Positions 57,417 through 64,000 of a DNA stretch of 64,000 nt are shown piece by piece. The notes beneath the pieces are model-generated. The model was not told where the DNA came from and made no database searches. It saw only the letters and a program-made list of their open reading frames with translations. Both the position numbers and the translations under genes were made by a program. Location: contig JAWAPZ010000001.1 in assembly GCA_038894195.1 (NCBI GenBank), positions 129,566 to 193,565 of the forward strand. Reading direction: 5' to 3'. Within the stretch, counting starts at the first letter, position 1. The number at the start of each line of letters is the position of its first letter. This DNA is from Candidatus Pacearchaeota archaeon (lineage in GTDB: Archaea > Nanobdellota > Nanobdellia > Pacearchaeales > UBA284).

Positions 57417-60167
57417 TTATGATAATATTTTAATTATCCAAGAGCCCAGGGTACTTGTCGAATAAGTTTGTGAAATTAAACTGCTTGGAGCTTCTCTTAA
57501 ACAGTAATACAATTGTTCTTGACCTTGGCCAGCTGAATTGTTTCCAGCAGGCAAGCTAGCTCCTGCAATGCCAACAAAAGTATTGTTCTGTAGTGCAGTA
57601 CCATCACACTCTATTGGTGGCGAGCCACCTGTTTCTATGTCTACTGTAAAGTTTTCTGCTGGTATGTAATAAGCATTGTTTGTTTCACCAATAAGATCTA
57701 AACCCTTGACCTGAATTGTGCTTATGTCGGCATTTCCAGTATTGTTAAGCAGAGAAGGATCGTTGTTTGATGTTACATTTTCAGAACCAGGAGCTGTTGT
57801 AGGGAAACTTATAAGTACTGGCGAAAGAACAAATGCTGCTGTTTCTAGAAGTAAAAAACTCTCATTATAAGGTTGAGAAATCAAGCCATCTGTATCATTT
57901 GCTGTTGCATTTACTTGCCATGTTCCTGCTTTATCCCAATACCAGATGCCTATTGTACAAGAATAATTCGCTTGAGTTGCATTTATCGCATTGACAAAAA
58001 CACAGCTTGAATTGTATCTTAAATCCTCGCCTTCAAGATAGAAAGTTGCATTCACTGTATCTATAGTTTCATAACCTTGAGCATCTGAAACATTAACATA
58101 GAATGTAACATATGTGACACTTGCTTCTGTTATACTTTGATCTGGAATAGCTGATATATCGTCGATTGTTGGTGCTTGAGCTGCTACTATCACACTAACT
58201 TCCAAAGGTCCAAGAATTTCTTCACCAAGATTGCCAGCAGAATCATTTGCATATGTATAATTAATATAAAAAGTTCCAGGAGTTGAGCCAACATTTATTT
58301 CAACACCATAATTATTATCTCCTGGAGCGCCATCACAAGATGTTTCCCCATTATCAGACATTTCTGTTACAGCTGAATAATTTAATTCAGTTCCATTTGG
58401 GTATGTTATATAAACCCAGACTTTATTTATGCCAGAACCCTCTCCAACTTCCTGAACATTTGCATTAACACAGACAAATTCATTTGTATAAACACTACTA
58501 GCATTAACTTGTGTTCCTGAAACATCTGGCGGTTGTGTATCAACTGTAAAACTATAATTGCTTGCAGAAAAATTGCAATTACCTGACGTATCACAAGAGT
58601 AACAATTGTAAACATATTTGCCGTCACTTAAAGTATTTTGCCACTGACTTGAGTTGCTTGTGCCCGAAATGCTTGATGAATTTTTTGCACCCCAACCAGA
58701 CCAATCTCCATATAAAGTAATATTTTTTAACTGAACAGCATCTTCTGCAGAGCAATTAAAAGTTACCAAACTACCTTGAAATGAGTTATTTTGAGGCAAA
58801 TTCAGTGTTACTTCAGGAGCTGTCTTATCAGAAACAAATTTTTCAAAAACAAACTGAAATTGCTCATAAGTTGCTACAGAAGTTAATGCAACAGCATTTG
58901 CTACCTCAACAGCAGTGCAGGTTGTTGTAGTGCAAGAAGTTATTCCTTTATAAACTGCAAGATTCGCTGTCTGATCGCGCATCAAAGCAAAGATTCTTGA
59001 GCTATTGTCTGGATCATAATCCATATTAATCCAAGAACCATCTGTTCCGATGTCTGTTGTTCCCCATGGCGCAGCTATTAAACTAGACCAAGTACCAGCA
59101 GCACAATTTGCAGCAGAAGTGCATTGATAACCAGAAAAATAGTCTACATTGCTATCATCAACTCCAACAAGAAAACCACCCGTAGCTTGAACAGGAGCAA
59201 TATCCATATGCCTCCAAGTAGTTACTGTTTCTATACTTGTATCAACACCTTTCACAGTTCCCCATGAATTGCCATTCCATTCTTGACAAAACAAGTCATT
59301 GGCTGTATAAACTTCAACGCACATCATTATTCTGTCTGTTCCAGGATAATTAACTGTTCTAATCCAATAATTGGTTGCTGAACCAGTAGAACCAGCCGTT
59401 CCAGGAGTGCCCCAAGACCCCGTGCTGCTATAAGTTATATACTCCGGGGTTGCTAAAGCACCATCGACCCATACAATCAAAGCATCTCCAGATGCTTCAT
59501 AAGCAACATCAAATGTCTGAACTGTAGCGACTTCAGAATTAGTTTCAAGTTCTTTAACAGAAAGAAAAGAAGTGCCGTTCCAAGGAATTGCAACTATTCT
59601 TCTATCAGCGTCCATTGCAACAAGCATCATTTGATTACTATCACTTCTTGCCTCAAGTCTTATCCAATTTACTAAGCCAGAACCGCCTGTTGAAATTGTT
59701 TGCTCTGCACTCCAGCTCTGGCCGTTCCAAATTTTGTAGCCAATATAACCAGCTGTTCCATTTCCATATGCTACCATAACTTTACCGCTCAAAGACATAA
59801 TGCCTATATCAAAACAACGATAAGCATTTGTTGAAGCACTTGCTGTCATCTCTACTGGCAAACTCCAACCGCTTCCATTCCATATTTGTACATCAATATC
59901 AGAATCTGCATCAAGTGTCGCAAGAACTGTTTCATTTCTTGCAGGATTTGCTTTTAGTTCAAGCCATCTAATTGTATTGCCAACTGGATTCGCGCTAGCC
60001 AAAGAACTCCAAGCGCTACCGTTCCATATCATGTACTTTGGTGTAGCGCTTTGATTTTGTGTAACCAACAAACCTCTTGTTGCTGAAACGTTTTTTATTG
60101 ATAAAAAGAAGATAAATACGAACAAAAGTAATACAACCGATAATTTTTTATTAAATGTTTTTTTCAT
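57417..60167 (-). CDS. Large secreted surface protein (916 aa) with the shared NCxxCDxxGNC domain
   Basis: Signal peptide. VTFNCSAEDAVQLKNITLYGDWSGW...YNCYSCDTSGNCNFSASN. Many sequons. 4-nt gap to the upstream gene suggests co-transcription. Confidence 0.55.
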   Translation of the reverse strand: MKKTFNKKLSVVLLLFVFIFFLSIKNVSATRGLLVTQNQSATPKYMIWNGSAWSSLASANPVGNTIRWLELKANPARNETVLATLDADSDIDVQIWNGSGWSLPVEMTASASTNAYRCFDIGIMSLSGKVMVAYGNGTAGYIGYKIWNGQSWSAEQTISTGGSGLVNWIRLEARSDSNQMMLVAMDADRRIVAIPWNGTSFLSVKELETNSEVATVQTFDVAYEASGDALIVWVDGALATPEYITYSSTGSWGTPGTAGSTGSATNYWIRTVNYPGTDRIMMCVEVYTANDLFCQEWNGNSWGTVKGVDTSIETVTTWRHMDIAPVQATGGFLVGVDDSNVDYFSGYQCTSAANCAAGTWSSLIAAPWGTTDIGTDGSWINMDYDPDNSSRIFALMRDQTANLAVYKGITSCTTTTCTAVEVANAVALTSVATYEQFQFVFEKFVSDKTAPEVTLNLPQNNSFQGSLVTFNCSAEDAVQLKNITLYGDWSGWGAKNSSSISGTSNSSQWQNTLSDGKYVYNCYSCDTSGNCNFSASNYSFTVDTQPPDVSGTQVNASSVYTNEFVCVNANVQEVGEGSGINKVWVYITYPNGTELNYSAVTEMSDNGETSCDGAPGDNNYGVEINVGSTPGTFYINYTYANDSAGNLGEEILGPLEVSVIVAAQAPTIDDISAIPDQSITEASVTYVTFYVNVSDAQGYETIDTVNATFYLEGEDLRYNSSCVFVNAINATQANYSCTIGIWYWDKAGTWQVNATANDTDGLISQPYNESFLLLETAAFVLSPVLISFPTTAPGSENVTSNNDPSLLNNTGNADISTIQVKGLDLIGETNNAYYIPAENFTVDIETGGSPPIECDGTALQNNTFVGIAGASLPAGNNSAGQGQEQLYYCLREAPSSLISQTYSTSTLGSWIIKILS

Positions 60168-60170
60168 TTT

Positions 60171-62342
60171 TTATGAAATTTTTTCTAAAGAAAAATTAGT
60201 TATGAGCACATAACCAAAATAATCTTCAATGCCTTCAGATCTAAAGCCGATAAGTGCTTTGGTAGAATTTTTTGGCAACTCTAATTCGATAGTAATTTTT
60301 TTCCATAGACCCGAGTCAGAAACACTGAATTTTCTTTTTTCTTTTTGTGTATGGTCAGCCTCCCATACTTCATCATTATTCCAGACTAAAGGAGGATATG
60401 TTTCTATTTCTTTATTGCTGCTATCTAAAATGTCTATTATGATAGAAAACCCGTTATCTTTATTTCCTATAATCTGCAGCTCGGGTCTTACATAAAAACT
60501 TATTCTGTATTTGCCTTCTTCAACATCAAAAACAGAACTTATGCCAATGTTGTCTTTTGTTTCTGCAACATGAGAAAGATTGTAAAGCAAAGCGTTTCCG
60601 CATTCGACTTGAACAAGATTTGCTGTATTTTTTACTTTTTTTGAATGCTCATCGTCTTTCAGCTCAAGGCTATTTTTTTCTTTCAAAAACCATTTACCAG
60701 GAAGCTTTATATCTTCTTTTCTTGGCTCATCAAAAAGACAAGTAAAATTAATTTCAACTACACTAATAAAAATTTCATTACTCTCGACAGTAAAATTTCC
60801 GTCGCTTGCATAAAATTTTAAAGTTTTATTACCCACAAAATCTTTTTCAGGAACTAAAGTAACATAAGAATCTTTTATGATCACACTTATGTTTTCTGGA
60901 TGTGTTGAGCTAAAAGTTAAAAAATCGTTGTCAGGATCTTTAAAATAGGCAGCAAGATCTAAATTTATGTTCGAGTTTTTCAAAATCGTGATGTTTGGAA
61001 TTGGATTTAACAAAATCGGAGGATTGTTTGTAACATTTACTACTTTTATTGTAAATTGATTGCCCTCTACACTTAAATTACCGTCAGAAGCAGAAACAAT
61101 CAACTTCTCATAGCCTACATCATAAGCACTTACAAAAAAAATCTCTTCGTTAATAGTGATGTTTGTTAAATTTTCGTTTTCAAGAACTTTGTAGTAAAAA
61201 ATTAAAGCATCGCCATCTGGATCTGAAAAGTATTCTGAAAGATTTAGCATGAAAGAAGAATTAACCAAAATTTCTTGATCTGGAATTTCTTTCTTAAGTT
61301 TTGGTGCTCGATTCTTGCTTTCTATTGGCAAGATTGTATAAGTTATTGAATCAAGATGCAAGAAAGCATCTTGAATTTCTATACGCAGAATATAACTTTT
61401 GTCAGTTAAATTTAAATCTCTAAGATCACAGGTTTCAATACATACTTGAGAAAAATCAATTTCGTAAGTTATTATTTCTTCTGGCAAAGATTCAACTGGT
61501 TCTTCCTCTTCTTCTGTAATATTTTCTTCTGTTAAATTCTCCTCAGAAACTTTTTCTTCTGGTTTTTCTTGTGTTGGTTCATTCACCTCTGGTTCACTTT
61601 GTTCTGGTTCTGAAGGTGTTTCAGAAGAATGTTCTACTAGTTCTGGCGATGATGGAGTTTCTTCAGTAATTTCACTTCCTTCACCTTCAACAGCCAAGCC
61701 TGTTATTAAATTTCGTGATGCTTGAGAAGATTTAGTTTCAAGTTTTGAGCTGTCAAGAATTAATTTATCTTGAAAATAAATTTTTACAGAACCCTGGTCA
61801 ATCAAAGTCAATTTTCCTGAAACTTTTAAACCGGTTAACTGACCATAATTTTCAGGATGCCATTCATATTCTTGTGAAGCATTAAACTCAAGAAGCAAGT
61901 TATCTTGATAGGTTTTTTCTTGCGGTGCTATAATAAAACCAGTTAATTTCGCTATTTCTGTTCTGAAAAAAAATAGCACGAAAAAAATAAAAAAGAGCAA
62001 GAAAAAAATAGATGCCAGCCTAAAACTCTTTCTAACTTTCTTTTTCCTTTTTTCTTGTTCTTCTCTTCTTAAAGCATAAATTTCTTCAGTCAAGACTTGA
62101 ATTTCTTTTTTTAATTTTTCTATCTCCTTGTCTATTTTTTTAAGAAAAGTTTCAAGAGTTTCATCAATAAATGAGAGTCTTTTTCTGTATTCATAATAAC
62201 TTATCACTCCAAGCTTGTATTTTTGTTCAGTAGCCTGAAAAAAATTAACAACTTTTTTCTTTTTAAGTTCAAGTTTTTCTATCTCTTTTTCTGTATCTAT
62301 CAACCTACGAAGCTTATTTCTGATTTGTCCTTCTAATTTCAT
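60171..62342 (-). CDS. Type-II membrane protein: cytoplasmic coiled-coil, TM, acidic Glu/Pro linker, cadherin-like (DPDGD) repeats
   Basis: N-terminal heptad-rich 100 aa. TM IFFLLFFIFFVLFFF. EPEQSEPEVNEPTQEKPEE linker. DPDGDALIFYY and DPDNDFLTFSS cadherin-like motifs. Confidence 0.5.
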   Translation of the reverse strand: MKLEGQIRNKLRRLIDTEKEIEKLELKKKKVVNFFQATEQKYKLGVISYYEYRKRLSFIDETLETFLKKIDKEIEKLKKEIQVLTEEIYALRREEQEKRKKKVRKSFRLASIFFLLFFIFFVLFFFRTEIAKLTGFIIAPQEKTYQDNLLLEFNASQEYEWHPENYGQLTGLKVSGKLTLIDQGSVKIYFQDKLILDSSKLETKSSQASRNLITGLAVEGEGSEITEETPSSPELVEHSSETPSEPEQSEPEVNEPTQEKPEEKVSEENLTEENITEEEEEPVESLPEEIITYEIDFSQVCIETCDLRDLNLTDKSYILRIEIQDAFLHLDSITYTILPIESKNRAPKLKKEIPDQEILVNSSFMLNLSEYFSDPDGDALIFYYKVLENENLTNITINEEIFFVSAYDVGYEKLIVSASDGNLSVEGNQFTIKVVNVTNNPPILLNPIPNITILKNSNINLDLAAYFKDPDNDFLTFSSTHPENISVIIKDSYVTLVPEKDFVGNKTLKFYASDGNFTVESNEIFISVVEINFTCLFDEPRKEDIKLPGKWFLKEKNSLELKDDEHSKKVKNTANLVQVECGNALLYNLSHVAETKDNIGISSVFDVEEGKYRISFYVRPELQIIGNKDNGFSIIIDILDSSNKEIETYPPLVWNNDEVWEADHTQKEKRKFSVSDSGLWKKITIELELPKNSTKALIGFRSEGIEDYFGYVLITNFSLEKIS

Positions 62343-62477
62343 ACTTATTTTGTATGTATTTTCACCTTTTAAAGCTTTCTAATTAATACTTATTTTTGTT
62401 AGTTAATACTTAATATGTATGTATAAATCACTTAAAAGCTGAGGAAAGTTTTAAAAATAAAAACTACGTGCTTTTGG

Positions 62478-62842
62478 TGTAGTCAGGAGGCTGACTGTCT
62501 CACTTAAGTGGGAGGAAGGTCCGCTCACCCATAAAGATCTGGGCAAGCATTTTGTCCGACTTTATGAAGTAGCTGGCTTTCGCAAGAAAGTTTGTCGTGA
62601 GGCAAAGCTCTGCCACAGAAACGACACAGCTTTCATGGAGATATGAAGCATGCGCTGATCTGGGAAATGAAAGACTTGATGAAACGCCTTGTTTTTTAAC
62701 AAGGCACGCCAAAATCTTAGATTTTGCGCGTGGGCAACTCAGCTGGTGCAACTCTTCGAGAGGCGAAGTCGGATGTTGGCATGGTCGGTTTTGGGCAAAA
62801 AGCCAAAGGACCAACAGAAAGCGGCCTACTCCTGACTGCAAA
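62478..62842 (+). ncRNA. rnpB: RNase P RNA (type A-like)
   Basis: GC-rich island. GGGAGGAAGGTCCGCTCACC matches the conserved GAGGAAAGTCCGGGCTC region. ACAGAAAGCGGCCTACTCC matches ACAGAANCCGGCTTA. P1 pairing AGTCAGGAG/CTCCTGACT at the ends. Overlapping ORFs have no protein-like features. Confidence 0.7.
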
Positions 62843-62873
62843 CATTTTTATATGTCGGAGCATTACCTGAAAA

Positions 62874-63023
62874 ATGGCAGAAGAATTAAAAATACCGGCA
62901 TCTGGTGGTGGTTTGGTAAGGTATGGTGAAGAAATTGAAAGCAAATTAAAGATAAAGCCAGCACATGTTATTGCAATAATCATAGCGCTTGTTGCTTTTG
63001 AACTTCTTTTAAGAATTCTTTAA
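62874..63023 (+). CDS. secG: Sec61-beta/SecG-like preprotein translocase subunit (49 aa), not in the ORF track
   Basis: MAEELKIPASGGGLVRYGEEIESKLKIKPAHVIAIIIALVAFELLLRIL shows the GGGL-VRY-E motif plus a single C-terminal TM, typical of archaeal Sec61-beta. Confidence 0.55.
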   Translation: MAEELKIPASGGGLVRYGEEIESKLKIKPAHVIAIIIALVAFELLLRIL

Positions 63024-63180
63024 GGGTTTAGAACAACGGATGAAGTAAAAAGAAAACACAAAACTTTTGAGAAGGAAAAGTAAAAAATCAAGAAGTCAAT
63101 CATGAAAGAACCTTTATTGCAGTAGAAATTTAATTCTCAAGTAGCATAAAAATTTTATATTTCAAAAACCTCTTAGTTCT

Positions 63181-63570
63181 ATGAAAAGCTTAGAGCAAGC
63201 AGAGAATTTTTTGAGAATTGCAGATCATCTCGCTTATGTTACTTATCCTCTAATGAAAGATGGTAATCTACTTAAAAAAATTCTTGAGAATCTCGAAGCA
63301 AGTTTAAAAAATATTCTAGAAATTCAAGAAAAAAATAAAATGGAGGAAGAAATTCAAAAACTTAAAAACATTGATGAAGAATACAAAAATTTGTTATCCA
63401 GATTGACAGAAATGTTTGAGAAACGAGAGTCAAGCTCATTTGAGTTTTTAAGAAGAAATAAACTTGTGTTTATGGATAATGATCTTAAATTAAGTGAAAT
63501 AAACCTCGAGGAATTAAAAAAATATATACAGATTTTAAAAAAAATCCTATTTGACTTAAAAAACCGATAA
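63181..63570 (+). CDS. Hypothetical coiled-coil protein
   Basis: 129 aa, K/E-rich helical. Confidence 0.3.
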   Translation: MKSLEQAENFLRIADHLAYVTYPLMKDGNLLKKILENLEASLKNILEIQEKNKMEEEIQKLKNIDEEYKNLLSRLTEMFEKRESSSFEFLRRNKLVFMDNDLKLSEINLEELKKYIQILKKILFDLKNR

Positions 63571-63648
63571 ATATATAAGATGAACTGATTCCTACTAGCT
63601 TGTTTATTAGAGCAAAATGCTATACCTAACAGAAAAGAGGTTCTAGAA

Positions 63649-64000
63649 TGAAAAATTTAATTAAAGAAATAAGGAGAGAGCAAAAAATGGCTGAACATCT
63701 TTTTTATGTTAGCTTGAAATACACAAAGAGCGGTGATGTCATCTTGAACTTAATTGAAAGATGGGAAAAAATGACCGGATCTTGCATTGAATTGTTGTTA
63801 AAAAAAGCTAAAAAGAAAAAACAAATAACAAGTATCCCTATAGCACCAAAGGTAAAAGAAATTTTAGTTAAGAAAATTTATAAAGGAATAGATAATATTA
63901 TCGATCTTTATGATTTATTTAGAAAAATGCCCAACCTTGAAAAAATCAAAGAGCACGAATTTAGAAAAAATGTTGCTGTTCGTGTAATAGACCAGGGAAA
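63649..64000 (+). CDS. Hypothetical protein, 3'-partial at window end
   Basis: ATG at 63649. ORF is open to the window edge (MKNLIKEIRREQKMAEHLFYVSLKY...). Confidence 0.3.

Noticed and set aside
62500-62983. Three overlapping ORFs (113, 110 and 88 aa) in a GC-rich segment.
   Set aside because: The region carries RNase P RNA conserved sequences and terminal P1 pairing. The ORF products are low-complexity with no protein motifs, so they are spurious overprints on an ncRNA.

Overview
AT-rich (~30% GC) archaeal chromosomal window with dense coding on both strands. Gene content points to a small-genome, DPANN-like or methanogen-related archaeon; this is inference from gene families, not a database hit. 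Conserved housekeeping clusters: TrpRS, AspRS with a GatB/E-like amidotransferase, and PheRS alpha/beta. Also aCPSF1, proteasome beta, a 4-subunit pyruvate:ferredoxin oxidoreductase operon, and the exosome/proteasome superoperon (psmA, sdo1, rrp4, rrp41, rrp42, rpoK, eno). Further calls: a CooS-like CODH next to thioredoxin reductase, two radical-SAM enzymes, a presenilin-like protease next to a signal peptidase, RNase P RNA followed by a small Sec61-beta gene, and seven tRNA genes. The tRNAs are the most striking feature. Four carry an intron at the non-canonical T-loop position 59/60, with related intron sequences. The tRNA-Ser intron contains three tandem 35-bp repeats. An intron-like copy also sits in an intergenic region. 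The second notable region is a ~17-kb minus-strand island (45.6-62.3 kb) of eight secreted, C-terminally anchored, N-glycosylation-sequon-rich surface proteins. It includes a membrane-anchored papain-like (C1) cysteine protease fused to DUF333 and parallel beta-helix modules. Other points: a 4-gene pilin-like cluster, an S-layer gene of higher GC, and an HD-domain gene interrupted by an in-frame TAG. No CRISPR array or classical transposase was seen.
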